Assembly (NCBI GenBank): GCA_017459845.1
Contig: JAFUCF010000012.1
Span: forward strand, 4,120-68,119
Reading direction: 5' to 3'
Length of the DNA: 64,000 bases
From: Candidatus Saccharimonadota bacterium
GTDB taxonomy: Bacteria > Patescibacteriota > Saccharimonadia > Saccharimonadales > Saccharimonadaceae
Below are positions 1 through 7,722 of this stretch, one piece after another. Under the pieces are notes generated by a model. It had not been told where the DNA came from. It made no database searches and was given only the letters and a program-made list of their open reading frames with translations. The position numbers and the translations under genes are program-made. The number at the start of each line of letters is the position of its first letter. Within the stretch, counting starts at the first letter, position 1.

Positions 1-2
1 TT

Positions 3-170
3 GTAATTATGCCTTTAATTATTACGAAAATGGTTATAAAAAATGGTAAGAATTTAGTAGCAATTCAAAAATGGCGTATTGAAAATAAAATGTTTTTCAG
101 AGTTTTTACAGGAGTTTGTTATTTAGTAATGGCGGCCTTCCTAGTCGCTTTTAAAATTATGGGAGTATAA
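3..170 (+). CDS. C-terminal fragment of a membrane protein; the gene starts before the window
   Basis: Open frame from nt 3 to TAA 168-170 (VIMPLIITKMVIKNGKNLVAIQKWRIENKMFFRVFTGVCYLVMAAFLVAFKIMGV*), with a hydrophobic C-terminal helix; the next ATG is 2 nt downstream. Confidence 0.55.
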   Translation, partial: VIMPLIITKMVIKNGKNLVAIQKWRIENKMFFRVFTGVCYLVMAAFLVAFKIMGV

Positions 171-172
171 TA

Positions 173-502
173 ATGGCTTTAATTGAAAAAGTAAAAACTA
201 GACGACGATATAGTAAGGCGGTTGCTGAAGAAAAGATAATGACTAGCCGGGCAAGTAAGACTAAAGTGAAGTTTTCTAAAAAGAAACTGGTTGCAGAAAT
301 TCTGTTTGAAGCAAGGGTGTTGAATCGGCATCTTGGAGCGGCAAAAATAATTGCAGAAAGGGTGGCAGACGAGGTAGAAACATGGGCAAGCGAACGCTCT
401 TTTATAACGGAAGATGATATTACACAGGTGGCCAGCAAGAAAATTGCAAAATACGATAAAGATTTAGCTTATATTTTTAAAAATCGTGGTAAAATAATAT
501 AA
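173..502 (+). CDS. Small stand-alone ATP-cone-like domain protein
   Basis: 109 aa; the pattern FSKKKLVAEI...AKIIAERVADEV...ITEDDITQVASKKI...LAYIF resembles an ATP-cone helical bundle; operonic with both neighbours. Confidence 0.5.
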   Translation: MALIEKVKTRRRYSKAVAEEKIMTSRASKTKVKFSKKKLVAEILFEARVLNRHLGAAKIIAERVADEVETWASERSFITEDDITQVASKKIAKYDKDLAYIFKNRGKII

Positions 503-504
503 AG

Positions 505-1923
505 ATGGGAAAAAAGATTGATTACGACGTTATAATAATTGGTGGTGGCGCAGCTGGGGTAACTGCCGCGCGAAATCTTGCTAAGGCAAAAAAGCACGTT
601 GCCATTGTTGAAGAGAGAAAACTCGGTGGGGCGAATCTTAATTATCGTGATATTCCATATGCGGCAGCACTGAACTTTTCACATTTATATACAGAAGCGA
701 TGGCGGGAGTGAAGTTTGGGATTACCTCTACTAACCTACGCTATAATTATCCAACTGCTCTTAAAGCACAATTACGCGCAATAGTCAAATCTGGCGAGAA
801 CTACACAAAGAAATCTCTGGAAGACGAAGGTATTACCTGTATTGCTGGGAGAGCACACTTTGTCTCTGCCCACGAGATTTCAATCCGTAAGCGAACTACT
901 GCTTCCCCGACGATAGAAGAAGTTAAGGCCGGGCTGGCTGGACAGACTTTGACGGCGAACAAGTTTTTAATCGCTACGGGGGCTGTTCCGAAAATATCAG
1001 GTATCACTGGGCTAAATGAGGCAAAGCATTATACTCCGGAGACGATCTTGAAAATTGAAAAACTGCCAAAGAGTATGTTAGTGATTGGCGGTGGTGCAAG
1101 CGGGGTGGAAATTGCCGAATACTTTGCAGGGTTAGGCGTAAAAGTAGTGTTAGTAGAACTAGCAGAGAGATTGTTACCTCGTGAAGATGAAGAAGTCGGG
1201 CAGCTTTTGGCGGCACACCTAGAAAAGAAGTTAGGCGTAAAGATTTTAACTAAAACTCGCGCCGTGGCTGCGCAAAGCGACACGATTTCTACAAAAATTA
1301 CTTTGTCTCATGGTGGACAAGAGAAGACCGTACGCGTAGAGTGCGTTGTAGCAGCGGTTGGTTCAGAGCCAAATACTGATCTTGGGCTGAAGAACGCCGG
1401 TGTAAGGTATGACAAAAAAGGTATTTACGTTGAGAAATCATTACAAACTACTGCGAAAAATATATATGCGGCTGGTGATGTTATCGGTGGAGATAGCGCA
1501 ACTGAGCTAGCAAATTATGAGGCTGGGGTTGCAGCGGCTAATATTGTTGGTAAGAATAGGAATATGGTAAATTACAACGGTTTTACCAGGGTAGTAAATA
1601 CTAACCCGCAGATTGCTACGGTGGGGATGACAGAAGACGATTTAATGAAACGCGACGTAAAATACGGTAAGGCATTGTTACCACTTTCGGCGGTTTCGGC
1701 AGCGGCTACTTCAGAACAGAAGCTTGGGTTTATCAAAATGCTGTCTAATAACCAAGGGAAAATACTTGGTACTACTTTGATGTGTCCAAATGCAGCGGCT
1801 TATCTGCAAGAGGTTGCACTTTGCGTCAGACACGGTCTTTCTGTGGTAGAGATAGCAAGTACGCCACACTTAAATACTGAATGGGGTGAGCTCGTAAGAC
1901 TAGCCGCGAAGAAGCTAGTCTAG
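505..1923 (+). CDS. Class I pyridine nucleotide-disulfide oxidoreductase family flavoprotein (lipoamide dehydrogenase-like) lacking the redox cysteines
   Basis: FAD motif IIIGGGAAG, ATG motif, NAD motif VIGGGASGVE, IYAAGD and a C-terminal dimerisation domain; GGANLNYRDIP replaces GGxCxxxGCIP. Confidence 0.85.
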   Translation: MGKKIDYDVIIIGGGAAGVTAARNLAKAKKHVAIVEERKLGGANLNYRDIPYAAALNFSHLYTEAMAGVKFGITSTNLRYNYPTALKAQLRAIVKSGENYTKKSLEDEGITCIAGRAHFVSAHEISIRKRTTASPTIEEVKAGLAGQTLTANKFLIATGAVPKISGITGLNEAKHYTPETILKIEKLPKSMLVIGGGASGVEIAEYFAGLGVKVVLVELAERLLPREDEEVGQLLAAHLEKKLGVKILTKTRAVAAQSDTISTKITLSHGGQEKTVRVECVVAAVGSEPNTDLGLKNAGVRYDKKGIYVEKSLQTTAKNIYAAGDVIGGDSATELANYEAGVAAANIVGKNRNMVNYNGFTRVVNTNPQIATVGMTEDDLMKRDVKYGKALLPLSAVSAAATSEQKLGFIKMLSNNQGKILGTTLMCPNAAAYLQEVALCVRHGLSVVEIASTPHLNTEWGELVRLAAKKLV

Positions 1924-1928
1924 TAATC

Positions 1929-1957
1929 TTGACGAACAGAGTTTTTTGGTGTATACT
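1929..1957 (+). promoter_or_regulatory. Sigma70-type promoter of tRNA-fMet
   Basis: TTGACG (1929-1934), 17-nt spacer, TG-containing extension, TATACT (1952-1957), ending 11 nt before the tRNA. Confidence 0.7.
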
Positions 1958-1968
1958 CGTAGGTATAT

Positions 1969-2045
1969 CGCGGGGTAGAGCAGCCTGGTAGCTCGTTTGG
2001 CTCATAACCAAAAGGTCGTTGGTTCAAATCCAACCCCCGCCACCA
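1969..2045 (+). tRNA. Initiator tRNA-fMet (CAT)
   Basis: Cloverleaf CGCGGGG...CCCCGCC-A-CCA; anticodon CAT at 2003-2005; C1 unpaired (C1:C72) and A11:U24 are initiator hallmarks; CCA is encoded. Confidence 0.95.
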
Positions 2046-2251
2046 CGATAAGCCTCCAGTGAGGCCTTTTTTACTTGGGAACCAACGTAGCGTCCCAAGG
2101 GGCTAGCGTTGGTTCAAATCCAACCCCCGCCACCACGATAAGCCTCCAGTGAGGTTTTTTAAATTGGGAACCAACGTAGCGTCCCAAGGGGCTAGCGTTG
2201 GTTCAAATCCAACCCCCGCCACCACGATAAGCCTCCAGTGAGGCCTTTTTT
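2017..2251 (+). repeat. Tandem 90/89-bp repeats (about 2.6 units), each with the tRNA-fMet 3' end, a terminator and a 32-nt core
   Basis: CGTTGGTTCAAATCCAACCCCCGCCACCACGATAAGCCTCCAGTGAGG starts at 2017, 2107 and 2196; TTGGGAACCAACGTAGCGTCCCAAGGGGCTAG occurs in units 1 and 2. Confidence 0.95.
2050..2072 (+). terminator. Intrinsic terminator after tRNA-fMet, repeated in each tandem unit
   Basis: GCCTC-CAGT-GAGGC followed by CTTTTTT. Confidence 0.65.
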
Positions 2252-2260
2252 GTGCTATTA

Positions 2261-2692
2261 TCAGGCGCCAAATAGGAACGACATCCACTTCTCAAAATTG
2301 GTGCGTGTATCTTCTTGATCTTGGGTGATAATATTGTTATTCTCGGATTGATGTTTAGTCTTGGCGCGCTCTGTATTCTTAGGGAGGTAGACCATAATTT
2401 CACCATCGTACATTTTATTCTGCTTAGCACGGGCGGCAAGCTCTTGGTATTCTTCTGAGGCATAGTATTGGTTTTCTAGCTCAGCGGACTCTACTTCTAA
2501 TTCTAAAATCCTCAGTTCCTTCTGGCGGGAAGAAACCCGCTGCTCTAGCTCCCAGTTTCTAGCAACGGAAGATATCGTGCCCCAAACACAGGCAGCAAAG
2601 AAAAGCAGCGCTACGACAAAAAGGAATTTGTCCAGCGGGAAATCGTGCTTGATGTTGTATTTTATCTTACGCAATTTATTCTGCATAGACAC
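2261..2692 (-). CDS. Septum formation initiator (FtsB/DivIC-like) protein
   Basis: Single N-terminal TM helix, coiled coil, and EEYQELAARAKQNKMYDGEIMVYL resembling the FtsB E..AR..L...GE motif. Confidence 0.65.
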   Translation of the reverse strand: MSMQNKLRKIKYNIKHDFPLDKFLFVVALLFFAACVWGTISSVARNWELEQRVSSRQKELRILELEVESAELENQYYASEEYQELAARAKQNKMYDGEIMVYLPKNTERAKTKHQSENNNIITQDQEDTRTNFEKWMSFLFGA

Positions 2693-2712
2693 TAATATTA
2701 TAGCACAAGTGT

Positions 2713-2741
2713 TTTACTTTTAGTGTTGGCGGTGATAAAAT
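2713..2741 (+). promoter_or_regulatory. Sigma70-type promoter of tRNA-Ile2
   Basis: TTTACT, 17 nt, then TG-A-TAAAAT (extended -10), ending 10 nt before the tRNA. Confidence 0.55.
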
Positions 2742-2751
2742 ATAAATGGTT

Positions 2752-2827
2752 GGGGGCATAGCTCAGTGGTTAGAGCAGTCGGCTCATAACCGATTGGTCC
2801 CTGGTTCAAGCCCAGGTGCCCCCACCA
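2752..2827 (+). tRNA. tRNA with CAT anticodon, probably tRNA-Ile2 (lysidine type); elongator Met not excluded
   Basis: Cloverleaf GGGGGCA...TGCCCCC-A-CCA; anticodon arm GTCGG-CTCATAA-CCGAT with G27.U43 and C29:G41 as in known Ile2 tRNAs; G1:C72 paired, so not an initiator. Confidence 0.88.
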
Positions 2828-3109
2828 GATTTTATATAAAGCCGATTTTTCGCCATTTCGCCCCTGTAATTCGCTGTTAAGTACCTTGCGAAGTTCAGGG
2901 GCTAATTTTTTTGACGATTTTTCGATAAAATCGAGCCATGGATACGGCTCTACCTCTATATTTTTGGCTGTTAATACCCTTGCCTCTAGTTTGATATCTT
3001 CTTCAAGTTTGACTGACCTGTACTTGCCTTTTTATGGAAATATGATATAGTATTATGCAGAGGCGTTAGTGCCTTGTGTTTTTACAGATAGTAGAAAGGG
3101 TGGTGAAAA

Positions 3110-4084
3110 ATGACTATTGACATAATCGTGCCGGTTTTTAATGGTGGAAGAAGCATCAAGAGGTGTATAATGAGTGTACTTCGCAACAGCGAACAGTGTC
3201 CAAAAGGAGTGTCAACCAATCTAGTGATTGTAGATGACGGATCAACCGACGAGACATCCAGTATTATAGCACGAATTCAGGCCGAGTATGGCTCGGTTCA
3301 ATACCTAAAGCAAGCAAATTCTGGCGTAGCGTCAGCAAGAAACTATGGGATTGATAAAGCTACTGGGGATTACATTGTTTTTCTAGATGCCGACGATTGG
3401 CTTCCTGATCATAGCATCCAGAGACTACTTAAGTGCGCCTTGGAAAACGATACAGATATTGCTATAGGCAAAAGCCGATATTATCTCGGTAAAATACCTG
3501 TTACGAGTACGTCTGAGACTTGGCATGCAATTTCGCCTGGAGTAATTGACATAGCAAAGGACAATTTCTTAGTTGAAATAACCCCAGGGATACGTGCGAA
3601 GATTTTTAGCCGTAGTCTATTTGAGCATTCTCGTTTTCCAAAAGATAGAATAAAATGGGAGGACTTAGCGCTAGTCCCTGCATTAATTGCTAAGTCTGGA
3701 ATAGTTTCATATGTAGATGATGTAGTCTACAATTATACTGTTCACATGAATACTACAGTAAAAGATTTTCTTTTTCAGTGCAACGTCTTAGACATAATTA
3801 AAAGCCTAGACATCCTCAAAGAAAATCTTCAGCAATTTGATGTCTATGATAGACTGACGGCAGAGTACAACTCTATGCTTACTCTCCATACGCTGTTCAG
3901 GGCAGAAAATGTTGTAACATGGATAAATGCTAATAGACATGAAAAGAAAAAGATTACTCGCAAACTTATCCATGAACTTAATCGACGCTATGCAGACTGG
4001 AAAAATGACGCGGTGCTCACTGATCCTGAAAAACGTTACAAAGATTTATTCTTTAATTTCATGTTGAATAAATGCTATCTGTAA
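3110..4084 (+). CDS. Glycosyltransferase family 2
   Basis: IIVPVFN, VDDGSTD, NSGVASARN, VFLDADD and WEDL motifs. Confidence 0.9.
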   Translation: MTIDIIVPVFNGGRSIKRCIMSVLRNSEQCPKGVSTNLVIVDDGSTDETSSIIARIQAEYGSVQYLKQANSGVASARNYGIDKATGDYIVFLDADDWLPDHSIQRLLKCALENDTDIAIGKSRYYLGKIPVTSTSETWHAISPGVIDIAKDNFLVEITPGIRAKIFSRSLFEHSRFPKDRIKWEDLALVPALIAKSGIVSYVDDVVYNYTVHMNTTVKDFLFQCNVLDIIKSLDILKENLQQFDVYDRLTAEYNSMLTLHTLFRAENVVTWINANRHEKKKITRKLIHELNRRYADWKNDAVLTDPEKRYKDLFFNFMLNKCYL

Positions 4085-4094
4085 ACACCTGTGA

Positions 4095-4120
4095 AACCGG
4101 GCCTTAGTGGCCCGGTTCTT
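4095..4120 (+). terminator. Hairpin terminator after GT2
   Basis: Perfect 9-bp stem AACCGGGCC-TTAGT-GGCCCGGTT, then CTT. Confidence 0.6.
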
Positions 4121-4220
4121 AATTATCCTCGCTATTTCTGAACAATTCGCCCCCACCAGAATTAAAGAAGTCCACTAGGACTTATTTTTATTCTTGAGCT
4201 CTAGACAAGGAGGCTATACT

Positions 4221-5096
4221 TTACAACCTCCTGATTACGACAACATTTTGATCTTTATCAAAATAATACTCGAAATGATACTCGTTTTTGTCGTCTCTTA
4301 TATCAAATAAGTATTTACTTGTACCGCTACCACTAATTTTTAGATTATATCCTTCTTCGTTCTGAATTACTTCGGCGCCACCTTTATTACTACCAGACCA
4401 GTACGTAACAATCGGCTCACCAACAAACTCAATGTTATTCTCTTCGAAAATGGTATTATTATATAATTCGTATGGTATGTTAGTATTAAGTATTGAAATA
4501 ATATAGATAATAGCTGCAATTGCTGTAACAATTCCAGTAATGAGGCGTGGTTTTTTACTTTTTAGAATTACAAAAATAAGAACAGGGATCGCTGAGAAAC
4601 AATAAATAACAGAGATGAGGTGATTTGGGAAATGCTCACCAAAACCACTAATATACGCAATACCAGTAATCGCAAGATAGGCGGTCATAACTGAAAGAAT
4701 TAAACCAGAATACCACTTATCTTTTTTGATATACCAGCCAATAAAAGCACCCGGAAAAGTGAGAATAGTAACTTTAAACCAGAAAGGATAGTAGCCGAAG
4801 AGACTCCACCCCATACTGTTAAATGGAACTTGGACGAGATAGACAAGCGGTTGAGAAATGAGGAAAAAGACGAAGGTTTTAAGTGCAGCCTCAAGCGGCT
4901 TTTTACAGTTAACGATAACGAGAATGGCCGGGAGAACCCACCATTCGGGCGTGACGGCAATATCATGGAAAGAGTTACCATCTGGTACAAGCATAGCCAT
5001 AAAAGCAGTGTAAACACCCATGATAATAGCAAAGATAACCAGTCTTGGCCAAGTTAGCGTAATGCCTCCAAACAGCTTTTCGAGAACCTTTTTCAT
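4221..5096 (-). CDS. Multi-pass membrane protein of unknown function with a C-terminal soluble domain
   Basis: 291 aa; about 7 hydrophobic segments, then a polar tail; TATAAT 6 nt upstream of the ATG. Confidence 0.75.
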   Translation of the reverse strand: MKKVLEKLFGGITLTWPRLVIFAIIMGVYTAFMAMLVPDGNSFHDIAVTPEWWVLPAILVIVNCKKPLEAALKTFVFFLISQPLVYLVQVPFNSMGWSLFGYYPFWFKVTILTFPGAFIGWYIKKDKWYSGLILSVMTAYLAITGIAYISGFGEHFPNHLISVIYCFSAIPVLIFVILKSKKPRLITGIVTAIAAIIYIISILNTNIPYELYNNTIFEENNIEFVGEPIVTYWSGSNKGGAEVIQNEEGYNLKISGSGTSKYLFDIRDDKNEYHFEYYFDKDQNVVVIRRL

Positions 5097-5204
5097 ATTA
5101 ACATTATAACATTTTCTTCGACATATTCATCCTGTAAATTGATAATAGGCTTGGCCGTTATTGCCATAATAATCCAAGATGCGGGTATCGGTATCCATGC
5201 TATA

Positions 5205-5239
5205 AAAACACAAATCGGTATTGTATCGATTTGTGTTTT
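5205..5239 (-). terminator. Hairpin terminator downstream of the lipase gene
   Basis: AAAACACAAATCGGTA-TTG-TATCGATTTGTGTTTT inverted repeat, 8 nt after the lipase stop. Confidence 0.6.
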
Positions 5240-5247
5240 AAAGGACC

Positions 5248-7101
5248 TTACTGCCTCGAGAGTTTTCTTTTTAAGACATAGCAGGCGGAGGCTACAATTA
5301 CTATCGTGAATATGGATGTATATGCCACTAGCTGAGCCTCCTGGACCGTGGCGTTATCGCCAGTATTTGGGACGGCCGGTGCCGGTATACTATCTTCGTT
5401 TTCTATGATGACAACTGTTTCAGCGGATTCATCTTCCCTACTTTCTTCTTCCTCCTTCTCTTCTGGTTTATCTTCTTCTGGCTCATCATCAATCACAATT
5501 AAACTCTTTAAAATTGGCATAATGCTCTCTGGGATGTGCCCGTAAACTAAGTTTTTAAAGTTGGAGGCAAGGGAGTAGGTGTAATATAACGAATAGTTAC
5601 TACCAAAGGTATCTTGAGTGTATTTTGCGTCGGCAACGATAAGCGGCGCTAGGGCCTTGACTAGTTTTGGAAGGTTCTCTTTTATAACGGAGTATTCTGC
5701 CATTGTTACCTTTGGTACCTCACCGAAGTTGTTTTCGTAATCTTCATATTCGCCCATGTACCTTGAGAGGTAGGAAATGAAATCGTCGATATCGGCTTCT
5801 ACGGCGGTACCCCTTAGGATTTTAACTAAATCTTGGTAAGGCGGGAAATTGCCTAGTATTTCTGCTAGGGTGCTACCAGGATATGTACCGCTTAGTAAAT
5901 CAGCAAAAGCGTTACCGGCTACCATACCAGCAAGGCCACTATCTGTATTCTTAAGAAAATCTGTAAACTCACTTTGTTTGTCTAAGGTGCGTAGCTGATA
6001 AAGTTGCATGATGGCCGAAAGTGGCGACTTAACTTCCGAATTGAAGTACTCGCGCGTTAGGCCATGCGCAATCATAAATCCAAACCAATCGTCCATAAAT
6101 TCTTTGCCATTTTCTTTGCCGACTTCTTTAGTTAATCCTTCATTAGACGAAAGGAGATTGAGCGCTCTAGAGCTGTCCGTTAAATCGGAGATATCAACTA
6201 CGGAGGTGCCAATTTCTAAGTCGGCGGGGTGTATTTCTTCATAAACGCCCGTATTGTAGAACCCCCAAAGTTCTGGGAATACGTACCCGAGTAGGAGATC
6301 GTTCCCGTCTTTTACGTCGTGAATGTTGGAATACTGAGTTTCTTCTACACTAGCTTTTGGCGCACCAAAAGTGTACGCATACAAGTTTTCTGGAGAGAGC
6401 TTGAAGCTAGCAATATTATCATTAATGTTTTTAGCTGCTAGATCAACAACGGCACCACCGCGAGAATAACCCACAATCCAGAGTTTGTAATTACTGAGAT
6501 TCCGACTAGCAATGTATTGGCTTAGCCTGTCTGTGATGAGACTTGCAGACTCGGCAAAGCCAGCATGATCGCCGCTCGTGCCGACATTGAAATTCGATAG
6601 CCACTCGGTCATATAGTTATAATTGCGTGGGGCAACGACTACTAGTTTTTCCCCGCTCATTAGCGTCTTCTCAGCGATGGTCGTGCCCATGGAATGCCCA
6701 TCAATCTCAGAACTAACATCCCATGACTCATAGTCGTGGAAGCCAAGTTGATTAAGAAGATCCCAGAGCTTAGGGTTTGCAACATCCGATTCTATAGGAT
6801 AGCCATCTGATAAGTTTTCATAGCCAGCCAAAGCCAAAGCATAAGATAGGGCGCGTAGCTCTGGATGCTCCCCTGCTGACGGCTCATCAAAGAATGTATC
6901 GCTATATTCTATGGTGCCTGTTTCGTCTAGGGCATCATAGACCGAGCCCCAAGGGTTATCAGGATCTTCAATGAACCCATAGTACGGGTATGTTACGGTG
7001 AACTTTTCGGCTGCCTGGACGTTTAGGGCTAGTGGGTTTAACAAAGAAACACCAACAACCAAGCCTACGCTGGCGGCGAGTATATTGCGGCGGCTAATCA
7101 T
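5248..7101 (-). CDS. Secreted class-3 lipase-like alpha/beta hydrolase with a C-terminal VPNTG-TM-basic anchor
   Basis: N-terminal signal ending AQA-like (VQAA); nucleophile elbow GYSRG; YTFGAP; candidate Asp (NDLL) and His (GHIPE); acidic linker; VPNTG, a hydrophobic helix and KRKLSRQ. Confidence 0.75.
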   Translation of the reverse strand: MISRRNILAASVGLVVGVSLLNPLALNVQAAEKFTVTYPYYGFIEDPDNPWGSVYDALDETGTIEYSDTFFDEPSAGEHPELRALSYALALAGYENLSDGYPIESDVANPKLWDLLNQLGFHDYESWDVSSEIDGHSMGTTIAEKTLMSGEKLVVVAPRNYNYMTEWLSNFNVGTSGDHAGFAESASLITDRLSQYIASRNLSNYKLWIVGYSRGGAVVDLAAKNINDNIASFKLSPENLYAYTFGAPKASVEETQYSNIHDVKDGNDLLLGYVFPELWGFYNTGVYEEIHPADLEIGTSVVDISDLTDSSRALNLLSSNEGLTKEVGKENGKEFMDDWFGFMIAHGLTREYFNSEVKSPLSAIMQLYQLRTLDKQSEFTDFLKNTDSGLAGMVAGNAFADLLSGTYPGSTLAEILGNFPPYQDLVKILRGTAVEADIDDFISYLSRYMGEYEDYENNFGEVPKVTMAEYSVIKENLPKLVKALAPLIVADAKYTQDTFGSNYSLYYTYSLASNFKNLVYGHIPESIMPILKSLIVIDDEPEEDKPEEKEEEESREDESAETVVIIENEDSIPAPAVPNTGDNATVQEAQLVAYTSIFTIVIVASACYVLKRKLSRQ

Positions 7102-7177
7102 TTATTCTCCTCTTTCATTATTGTTTTTGTATTCATCGAAATATGACCTTTTCTTTATTATAGCATAAGAATAATTT

Positions 7178-7714
7178 TTATGTGTTTTTATTTGCTTTAC
7201 TGCAGTTAATGAGGCCGTCTATATTGTGGTTGGCAAGGATTTTAACCTCGCCTTTATCATTGGTAACCTCGGTGGTTTTGAGGCCAATACTAGTGACCGT
7301 GCCCTTGAAGCCATCGGCTTGGAGAATAACTGTATCGCCAACGCTAAACTGGTCTTCGGCGATAATGGCGATGCCAGCAATGAAATCTTTTATCATATCT
7401 TGGAAAGCTAGGCCGACAATTGCGGTCATAATGCCAAGGCCAGCAAGCAGGGAAGTGACGTTTACCCCAATATCTGCGAGAATTACAAGCAAGACAATAA
7501 TTAGCATTAAGTATCTCAAAACGCTTAAAATCATCTGCGAAACCGTTTTAATCCGTTGCTTCTGAGCGCCAGTGGCCTTCTTGCCACCGGCCCGCTCAAA
7601 AGAAACCTTCAAGATACGGCGCAAAATGAGATAGATAATGAAAACAACAATCAAGTAGATTACTGAGTTAACTATTTTTTTAACGCTAATTTCTGTCCCG
7701 AAAAAGTTTAACAT
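7178..7714 (-). CDS. Short MscS-family mechanosensitive channel
   Basis: GVNVTSLLAGLGIMTAIVGLAFQDMIKDFIAG, FSVGD and GTVTSIGLKTT; lacks the C-terminal alpha/beta domain. Confidence 0.85.
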   Translation of the reverse strand: MLNFFGTEISVKKIVNSVIYLIVVFIIYLILRRILKVSFERAGGKKATGAQKQRIKTVSQMILSVLRYLMLIIVLLVILADIGVNVTSLLAGLGIMTAIVGLAFQDMIKDFIAGIAIIAEDQFSVGDTVILQADGFKGTVTSIGLKTTEVTNDKGEVKILANHNIDGLINCSKANKNT

Positions 7715-7722
7715 ATGTTACC

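Noticed and set aside
2017-2251. CRISPR array
   Set aside because: The repeat is the tRNA 3' end plus terminator, the spacers are nearly identical, and no cas genes are present.
2103-2463. ORF-track peptides containing VAGVGFEPT
   Set aside because: They are the reverse-complement translation of the tRNA repeats and overlap the FtsB-like gene.
5127-5198. 23-codon ORF MDTDTRILDYYGNNGQAYYQFTG on the minus strand
   Set aside because: No SD or promoter support and it lies just downstream of a terminator; it could be a gene remnant but cannot be supported.
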